In this document: piece after piece, positions 1 to 13,405 of the stretch | Numbering within the stretch: the first letter of the stretch is position 1 | Layout: every line of letters begins with the position of its first letter | Source: Chromera velia | Taxonomy: Eukaryota | Assembly: GCA_018398765.1 (NCBI GenBank) | Contig: JAHBMJ010000007.1 | Coordinates: 1 to 59,831 of the forward strand | Reading direction: 5' to 3' | Length of the DNA stretch: 59,831 nucleotides | Position numbers and translations under genes: made by a program | Notes under the pieces: generated by a model | Seen by the model: only the letters and a program-made list of their open reading frames with translations | Databases searched by the model: none | Told to the model about the DNA's origin: nothing

Positions 1-188
1 CCCTGGCATGAACCGAGAGGCCGAGCCCTGGAGCCAGCAAAAGCCAGAGAACGCGAGTGTGGCCCTTGAATGCAGCCCAATGCCTGCACACACACAGGCC
101 AGACAGAGTCTCTCTCTCTCTCATATGTATATCGAAAATACCCACACATTACGCACACGCGCATATACACAAAGGGGCACACCCACAC

Positions 189-236
<48 letters not shown>

Positions 237-311
237 ACACACACACACACACACAGTCTCGCACGCACGCGCACACACACGCACACAGTCTCGCACGCAC
301 GCGCGCGCGAG

Positions 312-388
<77 letters not shown>

Positions 389-1027
389 GGAGACACACAT
401 GAAAATGTAGAGACACATGCACGAGGAGGGGGCTCGCAAGCCCTTCGGAAGCAGAGGACAGCAAAGAGAGTGAACCGAAAAGCTTGGACACAGGAAGCAG
501 AAGCTTACATTGGCGTGTGTCGCTTTCTCTTTGCGGTGAATCCGCTCTCTGCCCCTGCAGGTGCGTTGGAAAGTCTGTGCCCCCCCGCCCCCGCCCCTCC
601 CCCCTCCTCATCCTGGCTGATAACCTGAGTCCCCCCTAGATCTGCAGAGTTGGTAGGCGCAATCTCCCGGTACATCTCTGCAGCACCCCTCTCGATCAAA
701 GCCCTGCAGAACACAAAAGAAAAGAAAAGGAAGACCGTGCATGCAGATAGGGAAGGAGAGGGCGAGAGAAAGAAACTTGGATGTGATAAACTCAGGTCAG
801 TCGAAACGAGGGGAATTCTCTTCAGCTTCATTCCTTCTTTCCTCACACGAACAGACAGACCTTGCGACCTGGACATTGCCATGTGTGGCGCTCCAGATGA
901 GAGGGGACCACTGCTGATGGTCCTCTATGTCGACTTTTGCCCCCTGATCAATCAAAGACAGTGCCTTCTCTGTCTGGTTCTTTTGGCACCCTTCGAACAG
1001 CTTCCTCCCAAGTGCTTCTGCAAACAT
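1..1027 (-). CDS. Ankyrin-repeat protein, 5' part (runs off the left window edge)
   Basis: Exons 1027-861, 703-509 and 83-1 with GT/AG ends splice in frame. They give [13 protein letters not shown]...[35 protein letters not shown]...[22 protein letters not shown]...VHAR, which has two ankyrin consensus repeats, the second split by the (CA)n-containing intron. Confidence 0.85.
180..395. repeat. (CA)n / (CG)n microsatellite in ankyrin gene intron
   Basis: Direct reading; explains the His/Thr and Cys/Val ORFs in the track. Confidence 0.95.
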
Positions 1028-2484
1028 CAGGGTGGAGGGTGGAATGACATGAAACCGTCTTGCACAAAGAGGTAGAGCTGCGCAAATCGAGCGAATTGAG
1101 CCGGGTCGAGCAGCACTGGCATTTGCGGAACACTTTCCCGTCAACGTGTATAGAGAAGGAAGTGAAGTCTCGATTCTCGTCTATGCACTCAATGAATGGA
1201 CGAGCAGTTTCACTCAGAGAGCAGTTTGCTTTCGCTTTGCTCCCACCTCTCTGTTCCTCGTTGATCTCAGCGTTCTCCTCTCCGAAGAGGGAGTCGGCGT
1301 CGCCCTCACTGCAGACAGAAAGGAGAAGACGAGGGCCGGAAAGGAGGAACATGAAAGGAATATATATGCAAAGGCCAGTTCATGGGCTTCGCTCCTGCAC
1401 ATCAAGAAATCGCTGTAAAGCTGGTTCTGCACCACTGCTGACCTCATTACGGGACTCCAATGTCCGTGTGCTGCCGAAGAATTTCTGGGAAGCCTGGAGA
1501 AGTCGAACGAGAAAGGTCAGACACCTTCAGGTTCCCCCTTCCGTGATGAGATCGGGTCAGCTTACGAGTTGAAACCCACGACCCAAGCGCAGTACTTGTC
1601 AATGATTGGACTTTTCTGTCTTGCGTTGACCTCTCTGAAACCATGCAGGACAAGAGAACACAAAGACTTTTCAAACGGGCCTACCATTTTGCCCACAAGC
1701 TGTGTACATCTTGTTGCCTAATTAAAGCTCATGCAGAGCATATATGCATGCAAGGTGACCGACATGTCTCAGAGGGCGTTTTACGCGCAGTCTCACAGGG
1801 CCCCAGCCCTACGTATGCTGTATGCAGGATACCCCCTTAGCGGATATGCCGGGGCCCTGAAGAGAGAGTTCCATACGTGCGTCGATTTCAATACTTCAAG
1901 TTGAGTTGGAGGGGATGCAAGTAAACTAGATCGACCCATACGTACCCATACGTGCAAACAGAGTAAGTCCATACGTGCAAACAGAGTAAGTAAGAGTGAG
2001 TGACATAAAAAGAAACAAAACGGCGTTCTTATATCGTTATCATACCACGAAGATTGAAGAAGAGCTTTGTCATTTTGTTTTATGAATTCGATTGTAGTTT
2101 GCATCAAATTTTTTTATTGTAATTAAAAGTTATAGTTTTGCTGATTAAAAGAAAAAATATATTAAAAATGATAAACAAAATATCTAATGTTTAACTAGTT
2201 ATAGTATGACAATGTGACCAATTTAGTATTATTCGAATTATATAGAATGATAGGTCACGTTATCCATATTTTGCCGATGTAAATGAGGTCAAAAAAGGAG
2301 GTTGTGGTAGCTTACATGAATTACAAAGTTATATAGCAATGGAAAAAACGATAAACTAAAATGCACCGCAATTATGAAAAAAAGGGAAACCCGAGTAGTA
2401 AAGATGAGGAGAGATGGTGAGAAAAATTAAATAGGTGGTCAAAGCGAGTCGACCCAGAGTTAATATGAGAGGCAAATACTATGG

Positions 2485-3425
2485 GTGAGAAGGAGAGCGA
2501 CAGGCAAGAAGGAGACAAACAGACATGAAGAAGACAAGCAGATAAAAAGGAGTAAGGTAGACATTATAGAGACAGGTAGGCAAGAAGCAGCAAGCAAACA
2601 AAAAGGAAACGAGAGGGCATGTTATTGAGGGAGAGAAACAATCGGGAGAGAGGCAGACATAAAGGAGACAGGTAGGAAAGGAGGAGACAACGAGGCAAGA
2701 AGGATGTAGGGAAGCATGAGGGGGAGAGGCAGACAAGAAGGAGACAACCAGCTAAGAAGGAGACAGACAGACAAGAAGGAGACAGCGAGGGAAGAAGGAG
2801 GTAAGCAGGGAAAAAGGAGACACAAGCAAGCAGACAAAAAGGAGACAGGGAGGCATGAAGGCGAGAGGCAGGCACAAAGGAGGCAGGCAGCAAAAGAGGA
2901 GACAACCAGGCAAGAAGGAGGGAGGCAAGCAAGAAGAAAACAGCCAGGTAATTAAGAAGGAGACCGGCAGGCAAGGAGGAAGCAGGCAGACAACAAGGAG
3001 ACAGGTAGGCAAGAAGGAGACCGGCAGACAAGAAGGAGAGGGGTAGGCATGAAGGAGAGAGACAGGCGAGAAGGAGGTAAGCAAGCATGAAGGAGGCCGG
3101 TAAACAAAAAGGAGAAAAGTAGGCATTAAGAAGATAGGTAGTCAAGAAGGGAGCAAGCATTTAAAGAGGAGACAGGGAGGTATGAGAGAGAAAGGCAGGC
3201 ACAGAGGAGACAGTTAGGAAAGGAAGAGACATCCAGGTAAGAAGGAAAGAGGCAGAGAAGAAGGAGACAGATAGGCAAGAAGGAGTTAGGCAGGCAAGAA
3301 GGAGGCAAGCAGGCAAAAGGGAGACAGGCAGACAAGGAGGAGACAGGTAGGCAAGAAGGAGAGAGGCAGGCATGAAGGAGGGAGGCAGGTAAGAAGGGGA
3401 CAGGCAGACATGAAGGAGGCACATT
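2485..3425 (+). repeat. Degenerate purine-rich minisatellite (unit of about 17-18 nt, AAGAAGGAGACAGGCAGG-like)
   Basis: Dozens of diverged copies of aagaaggagacagg(c/t)ag(g/a)c with strong strand asymmetry. Confidence 0.75.
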
Positions 3426-3725
3426 TGTTACTAAATGACGACAGCGATTGTATGTGGATAGACAACGACTTTGCACACTAGAAAGTGAGCGAGCAATCAA
3501 TGAGTTTTTAGAGTAAAGACTGGGTACTTGCATTGAAGTAGCGGTTTTCCTGTTTGATGTACACAGGGCTGAACATCTGCAAGGCGGATGTGACTGTCGA
3601 GTATGCATGATTGTATGATGCCGGGTAGACGGATCGATAACATGGATCCCACAAAAATTAAAATCCGCCCGCGAGTGCGATGGCATAGATCCCACAAAAT
3701 TAAAATTCGCCCACGACTAGTATAT

Positions 3726-3884
3726 CATGGATCTGCATGGATCCCACCTGCATACATGCGTGAAACATGACAGGCTAAGCTGACATTGAAATGTCACGTG
3801 ATTTGGTAGGATGCACGGGGGGGTAATATTCAATTTGACCACACCGCCATGGATCTGCATGGATCCCACCTGCATGCATGCATG
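3726..3884. repeat. Tandem duplication of a ~120 bp unit; the second copy is split by the copia element and resumes at 14588-14932
   Basis: catggatctgcatggatcccacctgcat at 3726 and 3848. Copy 1 continues gcgtgaaacatga...gctaagctgac...aaatgtcac...gtagg.tgcacg.gggggtaatatt, which is found again from 14588. Confidence 0.85.
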
Positions 3885-4101
3885 AATTCTTCTAGACGCT
3901 AGGTTCTAGTGAGCTTTAAAACCATACGTATAGTTGACTACGGAAAAGGAATGACAAGAGTCTATTTATATTATGCAATGCAATCTATTGATCGAAACCG
4001 CTAGAAAAAGAATAATCACACTGCCGAAAATAACTGCCGATTTCTAGTGGCCCCATAAAGACTCTAAGAGAGACTGCCCGGGAAAGCGAAATTAAGTAAC
4101 T
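3885..4101 (-). repeat. 3' LTR of copia element
   Basis: Direct repeat of 14369-14587; by eye about a dozen substitutions, mostly transitions, plus one small indel patch. Confidence 0.92.
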
Positions 4102-4109
4102 CCCCCCTT
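4102..4109 (-). promoter_or_regulatory. Polypurine tract (AAGGGGGG)
   Basis: Purine run on the minus strand directly abutting the 3' LTR. Confidence 0.85.
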
Positions 4110-7100
4110 GACGCGCATGCTCAATAAGCGGCATCCATCAGTTTCAGCCACGCCACATCAGGATCCTTCCATTTTGTAAGGCAATCCGCTATCTGACTCA
4201 CGGCTCTATCAACGTGCTCAAAGGAAGCCCCCACTGCCTCCAACTCTTACAACACAAAAAGCAAACGACCCTGCAAGGTCGGCTCTTTCTTGCAGACTCT
4301 ATTTTTGAGCTGCTCAACCAGCGCTGCACTGTCTGTTGGAACACGCACCTTCACCTTTCCAAAAAGCATACGAGCGATCCTTAAAAGCAAAGGCATTCTC
4401 AACACACCCTAACAGAGAGTAAGCAGTTCTGCTCCAGCGGTGGAACGCACGAGTCTCTTCTCTTTGTGGCTTGCCCAGTCTATCAAATTTGCTCGACACG
4501 TCAATAGCCAGTTTGCATTGGCAAGGTAAAAAATATACCCACTTCTCGCTTCGCACAGTCGATCACAATAAGCAGCATTGACGAACAAACGCAGTTCAGA
4601 CAGATAAACAGCAAGAAACACAAGCTCGCGTGCCTTCTCAACAGCCAAAAACAAAACGGTTGAAAGGGTGTGAAGAAGATGGGGAGAGGGACAGGAAGAC
4701 TAGCGAGACAACTGTGAAAAAGCAAAAGAAAGATCAAAACGGGTTTTGCACAGCCATCCCAGCATCTGTAACAATGAGCGGAAAATTTCTTCCAGTCTCA
4801 TATCTACTTCTTTCTCTTCTGGCTTCTCGAAGTCTCCCTTCTTAAGCTTACGGCTTCTCTTCGGCTCGGAAAGAGACTCTGTGCTGACGTAACTCATTTG
4901 TCCTTGAGTGATTTCTCCCTTTTGTCTGTCATGTGCCATCTCAAGACCAACCACTTTCTTCCTCTCTGCTCCAATCAGCTCTGGATCTTCGCACTCCACG
5001 TTCTTCCCAAACTGCTTCAACAAATCCAACGGATTAGGTGCAAGTAAAAACAAATCATCAACATGCATCTGACACACTGCAGTGATGTCTGCCTGCTCAA
5101 CGTCAGCCCATGACTTTTCATCTGACAAATGGACGGGAGAAGGAACGGATGAACAAGTTTGGATCAAAATGGACTCAACACACTCAGAAAAGGAAAAAAG
5201 ACGGAAAAGCACTTTCTTCAGCCATTGTGTGAAGATGCGCGGAGCATCTTTTAGTCCGTACAATGCCTTTTTCAAGCCATACACCCCCCCTGCAACGAAA
5301 GACCACCGCTTCCCCTTTGGAAACAATGAAGGCAGCTTCACATGTACAGAAGAGGCAGCAGAACCGACAATCGGCGCCTGGAGAAAGGCACACATAACAT
5401 CCGTGATTGCTATTGCCCAATTCTTTACCAGACTAGGGTCTGACACTTTTACTATATAATTAATTTTTTTTTTTTTTAAGGGTACCCTAAGACTAACGAC
5501 TATTACTAGACATCTAAAAGTTGTATTTTTGAATAGATCTCATCAAAAGAACCAGAACAGAATAGTTTAAAGCTTAGATTTCATTGGTTCTAGGCCGGTT
5601 TTTCCGGTTTTAGTATAATCTGCTAGTCAAAGTTCCAGAAGAGCGAAGAGGCCGGTTTTGGAACCAGCATAGGAAACCGGGAGGAACCAACTAAAACCAT
5701 GCAAAACCATATAAAAACAGGAGTTAAATGCATGTTTGAGTTGAATTGAATCAACCGAAAGATCATTTATCCTCTCCTGGGCCGTCTTCTTCTTCGTCCT
5801 CCTCCAAAATTTCTTAAAACCGTGTCTATAACCTGGCAAGCTCTTCATTGTTAACCGTCAAACAACCGTAGACTTGGGTGCTTGAATGAAGATAAAAGAA
5901 TACAGCAGACAGAGCAATGTGATCAATTTGAGCAGTTGTAGTTGCACGTGCGATGTACGGCACAAATTTTGTCACTGCGTCCTCTTCTCTTGCTCTCTTA
6001 TACGAAATGACCCTCAATTCAAGGTGAGCGTTGTCGTCGGTGTGAGCAACGTGAGACAAACCCGTGCTTCTTCCTCTCTTTGTTGCTGGATGCTTGTCTT
6101 GAGGATTTACAATATCAATCACTTTTGCGATATACCATTCAACGGAATCACGATTGTCCGACCTCAAGGTCCTTGCCATCGCAGACTGGAAGGAAAGGGA
6201 CCCGTCGTCCTATCGAAATGGTACGAGTGCAGAGTTTGAGTATCTTCTCTGCTCAAGGAAGGACGACAAGCAGTGCAAGCTAACTGTTTGGGCTCCGTCA
6301 ACCAGCGCCCCAAAATTGACTGTGTTTGAGAAACATTGGAGCGCTTCCACCTGGTTTTCAAAAATCAGAAGCCTGTGATGGCAGTGCAGCAGGGAACAGG
6401 GGAGGAGAAGGAGAACAAATCGGCTTCCGTCAATTAGATGTACATTGAGCAGTACACTCGCTAGTATTCTCTTAGGTCCTCTCCCTCTAGCATTCTGGTC
6501 GGTTTTTATGCATGAAAATTTGATGAAACCATTGTAATATCATCACAGTTCTGTTGAAAAACGTATTGAGGCCGGTTTTTTGAGTTGGTTTTTGTGTGGT
6601 TTCAGTAGTAAATCTTATGGTTCCAAAACCGATAAAAACCAAGACTGGCAAAATGCTATAAAAAGGGGGGTAACCAACTATAAACCAAAGAGAACCACTC
6701 TAAAATCATCAGATTTTAAGTTTTTAGGATTAGTTAAGCTTTAGATTGACCTATAAATACAGATTTTTGAGTTTTTTACATGGTTTTAGGCATAAAAACC
6801 ACTGCTAAAACCTAGCGTCTACATCAAGAGTGTCAGACCCTAGTTACCAGACAAAAGATTAAAAACAAACGAAAGATTAAAGAATCAGGTGTGCCTGAAT
6901 ATGTGTCATAATTGCGATGATCCCTTCCTGAATGCCCCATGCAGACAAGACGAGCTTTTGGGATTCTCTCCCCGTCTTTCAACTTCCAAGTGAACACCCA
7001 ACGACACAAAAGAAAGATGGAACAAACAGCAGACGTGAGAGAAGAAATATCAATCACAGGAGAAGACAAGGAAGCGGGCACGTCGTCTTTCTCTCCGTCT

Positions 7101-7230
7101 GTCTCTTTGAGGACCGAGAACTTTTTAAGTTTGTTCAGCTCTCTTTCCATTGCTTCATCAAACTTCCCCTCCCGGACTGCAGGATCCGATGGAGAAACAG
7201 GGATCTGAATGGAAAATGGAAAAAGAAAGC
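4110..7230 (-). pseudogene. pol: Copia reverse transcriptase (RVT_2) and RNase H, split by the insertion at 5433-6843
   Basis: AMERELNKL, CRWVFTWK, KARLVCMG, TDVMCAFLQ, LKKALYGLKDAP and MHVDDL (RT). IDWASHKEKRLVRSTAGAE and QIADCLTK (RNase H). Removing the insert and one TSD restores the frame FCLV|KNWAIAITDV. Confidence 0.92.
5433..6843. mobile_element. Non-autonomous TIR DNA transposon (1411 bp) inserted in copia RT
   Basis: TIR CTAGGGTCTGACACT at both ends. 8-bp TSD TTACCAGA (5425-5432 and 6844-6851). AT-rich arms with many AAAACC/GGTTTT subterminal motifs. Internal decayed ORF on the minus strand. Confidence 0.92.
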
Positions 7231-7256
7231 TCAGGATCCTCATTCTTTTCTTTCTT

Positions 7257-8516
7257 TTACTGAGTGCATCGAAATGCTCTGTGGCCTTCATGAAAGCAAA
7301 ATCCACAGACTGACTGGTCTGCTTTCTCTTCTGGTAGATCATCCAATTCGACTGGTTCTCCGTACAAGACTTCAGGGAAAGAAGACGGGGCAGAAGAAGA
7401 AGAGGATACAGAAGAAGAGGAAGAAAAGGAGGAAAGAAGGTTCTTGCTTTCGGTTTCTTTCTCTTCTGGCCCATGCCCCCCGCTGACCCAGTCAACTTTC
7501 TTCTCATCCCCCCCCCCGACTTCTGACCGAGGCCGGCGTTCAGGTAAAAGCCACTCCCCTATGTGATCAACCATTGGCAAACCTGAAGAGAGAAGGACAC
7601 CAAGGGAGCAAGCCTTCACACCATGCTTCATCGGATGAACGCGCACGACCCTCAACCAATCACCCCGAAAAGCATCCCATTCCACTAACTGCCACTTGGA
7701 TGGAGAGACAACAGAGAGGAAGATGCCTACCTTTCCTGGGGGACGAAGCGAATTCTGAACTTTCTTGTGAAAGGGAGGCACAAACACAACAGGGTCTCCA
7801 GGCATGGTTGAGGTGTCAAGCCGGACACCCAAAGCAGAATACAAAGGAGAGCGGCCAGTCTCAGCAGATGCGGTGCGATTGTATGAATACTCAACGGCCT
7901 GTAGCACACAGGGAAAGAATTCGAGAGGCAACTTCCATGTGTGGATCATCGATCTCAGACCAGCACGTGCCGTTCTTACCCATCGCTCTGCAGGCCCCAT
8001 TGATGAATCAGGAGGTCGGGGGCAAACATGCACCCCCCTTCCTTCTAATATTGCCTTCACTTTACCTTCAGACAACTCACCTGCATTGTCTGACACAAAT
8101 CGTTTCATGAGCCCGTACTTATCAATTCATTCACACACAGCAGAGAAAGGGCCGGTGACCGTTCTTTTCTTTATTGCACGTGTCAACACCACCCCTGCCT
8201 TTGCATCTCTCATCACGAACACATACCGAAAACCCAAAAGAGAAATCTTCTTTCCCAGATCAGAATCAATCTGGCTGACTTCAAAAACATCAGCCCACAC
8301 CTCATCCAACCAGGAAAGAAGACTACGGGACTCAGAAGAAGGTGCAGAGTGATGAGTTGCGTTTACCAAACAGCAGGATGGACACCATTTCAAAGCAGAC
8401 TCAAGCTGTGCACGAGGAATTGACAAAACATGCTGGTAGAGAGCCTTTTGCTCCTTCAAACTTGCACTCAAACGAGGAAAAGAAGCATGACCAAAACGAA
8501 TGTGTTGACGCAGCAT
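7257..8516 (-). pseudogene. Copia integrase (HHCC + DDE core) with a C-terminal CCHC knuckle
   Basis: QHIRFGH...WCPSC zinc-binding motif; WADVF, FVSDNAGE and GPAERWVRT catalytic motifs; broken between ORFs 8127-8516 and 7257-8108. Confidence 0.9.
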
Positions 8517-8791
8517 GTGAAAAAGAACAGAAGGAGAAAGAGGATTCGAAACAAAAGGACGAGGAATCGAGGAACATGTGGCTACTCCCTATTTGCCTTT
8601 GAAAGAAGAGAGGGAGTCGTTATCTGGGGTAGCGTTCAGTGAATCCCCGTGTACGGGAGGATCTGCAGGGAACCAACCCAAGCAGAATCAAACTCCTATT
8701 CATACACACACAGAAAACACTCAATGCAAGCATGGGAACTAAGTCTGATCAACACAGAAAAGAGTGTACAGACAGAGGGTGCATGCGTAGC

Positions 8792-9289
8792 TCACTGTTC
8801 ATTTGCAAGCACATCGCACACAGGGACCCCCCCTGCTACCCGGCTGACCGAAAGGGCCTTCACCACCGTCGCTGCTCGGAAAGAGTACACCCCTTGTGGA
8901 TCAAATTCTTGTTGCAGACCCACGCGCACGAACTTTCCACCTGCGCTCCTCACAACTGCAGTCCTATCAAACCGATCGACCGCCCCCGCATGGATCAGGA
9001 GGTCGGCTTCCGGACTGTCCGTGATGTTCCCGATCTGCACCACGGAAACAGTCCCCTCCCCTCCTGGAGACGGATACTGGAGACAACACAAACCCCTGGA
9101 GGTGGTGACTGCCTCGGACTTGTGTCCAAAGACCTCTACATACCGAGATACGTAGGGCCATTCGCGGATGACGCGCACTTTCGATCTGGGGAAAATTGAG
9201 AACGTGCACTGGGAGTTAAGTTCTGTAACCGTCTCCCCCGATGCAACCACTTGTTTCCCCACCTGCACAGCAAACGCCTTCTCTCCCAC
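8792..9289 (-). pseudogene. Copia aspartic protease region (degenerate)
   Basis: LNSQCTFSIFP resembles a decayed LDSG(A/C)T motif; lies between gag and integrase. Confidence 0.55.
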
Positions 9290-10297
9290 CTCCCTAATTG
9301 TTGCTGATCGTTCTTCTTCTCACTCAAAGTCATCGAGCGAGCAGAAAGATGCGCGATCGTCTAGATCGTCACACAAGACGAAGGAGACGGCATCGTCATC
9401 GGCGTCACTGGGGGGCTCGTCATTATCGCTGGCCAGTATGGCACGGCACATGCGCGCAGCCTGCACCGACTCGCGATGTTGGGTGACATCAGAGTACGCT
9501 GCTGCCTCCACAATTTGTTTGTTGAGCTCGTCAACCATCAGGCTGAGCTCACTGTGATCGTACTTGCTCAAGTCCACCGACTCGATGGATTCTGCGGTCG
9601 GGGGTACTGTCTGTCCTTGGCCTTCATCGTGCCCACCGTCAAATTCAGAGAGGAGCGCAGCTAGTTTGGCCCTAAAGGACTGTCCCTGTCCTCCATAACC
9701 TCTTTGCTGCTGCTGCTGCTGCTGCTTCCACTGGTTGTGGTGGTTGTTCTGTCTCGACCAGGGTTGCCCGGTGGAGGGCGGACCCCTGGGGGCAGACTGT
9801 TTATTTCCCTGCGTCACATTTTAGTACGTCTGCACGAGACCGCGCACTTTGCGACGTGCGGATCTCATCACGTTCTTACTCGGTTTGGCAATGTTTGGCA
9901 GACCGAGCCATCTCCGCGTTCTCATCCAACCCAATCACTGTTGGCAATGCGGGGTCTACCCTACTACCCCCACCCCCCTTGCTGTTTCCCTTCTTCTGTG
10001 CAAGTGAAGAGGAGACGGTGAAAGAGAAACTTTCCATCTTTCTTTTCAACTGCTCTACCTACTTTAAGTAATTCTCGAAGGTAAGACGGGGATCGGTCTT
10101 TCTTTTTGGGTCGCTGGAGAGCTGTTTTTTAAGCCACTCAAGAAGGAAGATACGGAGCGTCTTCCAATCTTTTGTAACTTTCAGATTTCTGCTCCCCTCC
10201 TTGGTCGTCTCCGTTGACAGCCAGTTTCTTGTCTGGGTGTCTGTTCCTTCAAGGAAAAACTCGACCATGAGTTCATCATTAAAGGTGACAGACAAGA

Positions 10298-13200
10298 GAG
10301 GTCAAGGATGCTTATGCTGGGGTGGGAGAGGATGCATCATGGTGGGACAAGGGAGTAATATATTTAATTTGGTCACGATGGAAGAGAGGCTTTTATATTG
10401 GAAGTACCGTTAGTAGGGCGCTCAATCGGTTCTTTCAGCACCTCACGAGTGCATTAAAACCGCATCACGTTGGGAGGAAATGTAATAAGACGGGTCGTGG
10501 GTATGTACATCGCTTCTATTCTGTTTTGTCTGCTGATGTTTCCAGATACAGCCTCTTTGTTATCCTTCCTATTATAAAGATTAGGGGTAGTCAGATAAAT
10601 TTACGCATGATGGAGTACCTATGTATTCGTACATACAAACCTACATGGAATACAGTTAGTGTGTTAAAGAGATTCAAGAATGACCCGGTGCATAATTTGA
10701 GGGATCCTAATAAAAGGGATGTTCGCTCAATTGCGTGCAGGTGTAGTGACAGGGTCTCAAGTCTGAGGAGGAGACTTGAATCTTCTGTTCACATGTCGAA
10801 GTTGGCGGGAGGAGTTGATAAAGGAGGCATTTTCCAATCTCGCTCTCTTTTCCTCTATAGGGTCACTGGCGAAGAGGGTGTGGGGGCGAAGAGAGGGGAA
10901 GGGGACGTGATTTCTCTTTTTTGTGCACGACTGCTGACTACATTGTTCAAGAAGGTCCTTCCCGATTCGTCTCTTCGTTCATTTGATGCGATGAAGAATG
11001 ATTTGAGTGCATGTATGTGCATGGTGCCCAAGGGCGGGATTCTTGGGAGAGGGAGGGCAATTTTTGACTTGAATGTGAGACGAATGTGCGAGTTAAATGG
11101 CTGGTCAGCAGCGACTTTGCTCAGAGGGGAGCTGATTACGATTCGGGTGCCCCTTGCTGACTTGTCTTTTCTCTGATCTTTTTATTTTGCCATGTTTGAG
11201 GAGATAAGGAAAACTGTGTCTCTGTTATGAAACGTGAGGCTTTGCCTTCTCCCTACAAAGCTGACTGATCTTCAACAAACTTTGGACAATATATATGGGA
11301 TTTGTAGGGAAGGAGGAGGGGGTGAAGGTTCTTCTTGTGGATCGTCGTGTCGTTGTATAGAAATTGCGGAATTATTTAATCTTCCTTTGCTTGATGGTCA
11401 TGTGTGTTGTCTACTGTCTGCGTCTTCCTCTCTTAGATCTTTCTTCTCTCTTCCTCCTCACTTTTCTTCCAAAGCCAAATTATGGCCTAACACTGGTGTA
11501 TGGAATGTTGTTTCGAAGGGTATTAAGTCTTTCCTCCATTCTGTTCTCACTTCTGATGGTGACACTCGAGAGGGGGTTAGTCTAGGGAGGACAATGGGAA
11601 GGGGGAGGGGGAGGGAGAATACAAGAGCCAGGTCGATGAAAGGGGTTTTGTCACCTGCAATGATTGCCGACCTTTGGGAGCGGTGGGTTTCAACGCTTTC
11701 GTATGCTCAGACAAATGAGAAAGGGGCCGGCCGTCCTAAAGAAGTCTGTGATAATAAGAAAGTTATTGACTGCTCTAGCGGTTGTGCCAGTTGACAAGGC
11801 CAGAGGAGATCTGGCTTTTTTGTGTAAAGGGAGATACATTGAAGCAGTGGTGAGAGCTTTTCTTTTTGATTCTTCTTATGAAAGAATTGGGGGGGGTGAG
11901 TTTTCTGCTTCTCTGGACCTTCTGGAGAATGGTTTTCCAAATGAAAAGGATGCATGGGTATCTTTTTTGAATCAGTTCAAGAAATTCGACAGGAAGAAAG
12001 ACCACTTTGCGATTGGGATCCTTTGGGTGAAAATTTAATGCAAGTCTTGAGGAGTTGAGGGGGAGCTCCCTGAGTTTTGGTCCTCTTTGAAGTACAGCCC
12101 ATTGGTATCTTACAAGAAACATGCCAGACGTGAGATTTTTTTTTTCCTTTGCAAGGCTTTGAATGGTTATCTTTCTTACTTTTCGCCGCATTATGATTTT
12201 AACTCTGTCTTTGCTTTTCAGGATAAGGTTAGGATTTTTAATTCAGGGTTTGGGAGACTTATAGATCGTGGCTCTTATCTTTCTTCTAATTTGTATTGGC
12301 CTTGGGGTGGACTTGGTCTGCTGGTGGACAACATCAAAGCATTTTTTCTCTTTCTACCCAGACTCTCTGAGTTGATTTCCTTTCTGGTTTGAATGACTTT
12401 GTTCATTTCATTTATTCTTCTTCTAGATATCGTTTTGTTATATTGCCCATCCATAAATCTTTTTGTATTAAGGAGGCGGGTCCAAGAGAGGGTGAGAAGT
12501 GGTATTCTCAGAGACGTTACTTAAAACCTGTTGCTTTTTTATCCTTCCATTGCAATTATACGAATGCACTTTCTTGCCCTCTTGATATGCTGACTCGTAT
12601 AATTAATCTTAATTTTGTTTCGAATGTAATTCGGGTTTGAGGGAAGATGGTAAGACAGCATGAAGGTTTTCCTCAAGGGAGTCCTTGCTCTCCTGGTGAG
12701 GCCCGATTTTTTGCCGCGTGGAAAGAGTACTCTGTTGTATTGATGAGATCAAAACCTTCATAGGAGGGGGAAAAATGGATGGCAAGAAGATACATAGACG
12801 ATAGAACGATTGTTTTTAGGTCTGACTGTGGCATGAGTAATGTGCCGGATGACCCCATGATGGAAAAGTTATTTGAGGAAGACTTCTACAGTCTTGCATG
12901 CGTTTTAGAGCGTCAGAAGGGATCTACAGTGCTTGGTTTACGTCTTTTCTCTTTATCGGAATCTCCTTTGATTTTGCTTTTTGCTGCTGTTAATCCTAAC
13001 CGTGATGTTCTTCTTAATTTCTTTCGTGATTTGGTTGCTTTTTCTCTGTTGCCTATTTCTGGAGGATGGTTGTCTTTTCCTATTTAATAACCTACCTTCA
13101 CTTTATAGAGTGCGTTTGATACATGCTTTCTCCTGTGTTCCTTCTCTTTCAGCCAAGAAGGGCCTAATATCCTCTCATCTTATCCGAACACTTCTTTCTT

Positions 13201-13385
13201 GTAATGTACCTGCGGTTGTCCTGGTTGACGAACTTACTTTTCTGTTTTTGGAGTTGTATATTTTGAGATGGCCTGTTTCGTTTTTGCTTGATTTGTTCAT
13301 GTCTGCAGTCCGTCGGACTGGTGATGATGATCTTCGTTCTCTTTGGAAGGCACGTTTGTCCTTTCTTTGTTTTGTTCTAAAATAA
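10298..13385 (+). pseudogene. PLE ORF: GIY-YIG endonuclease, CxC linker, reverse transcriptase
   Basis: GVIYLI...FYIGST...RFFQH...E...YKPTWN (GIY-YIG). CRC...DGHV linker. VVPVDKARG, KYSPLVS, DNIKAFF, QHEGFPQGSPCSP and RRYIDD (PLE-type RT). Multiple stops and frameshifts. Confidence 0.88.
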
Positions 13386-13405
13386 TCTACATATGACTGA
13401 TTTTC

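Noticed and set aside
11174..12640. In-frame TGA codons in the PLE ORF as selenocysteine (as in some Naiads)
   Set aside because: The ORF also has TAA/TAG stops and frameshifts, the TGAs fit CGA or TGG decay, and I could not fold a convincing SECIS after the stop.
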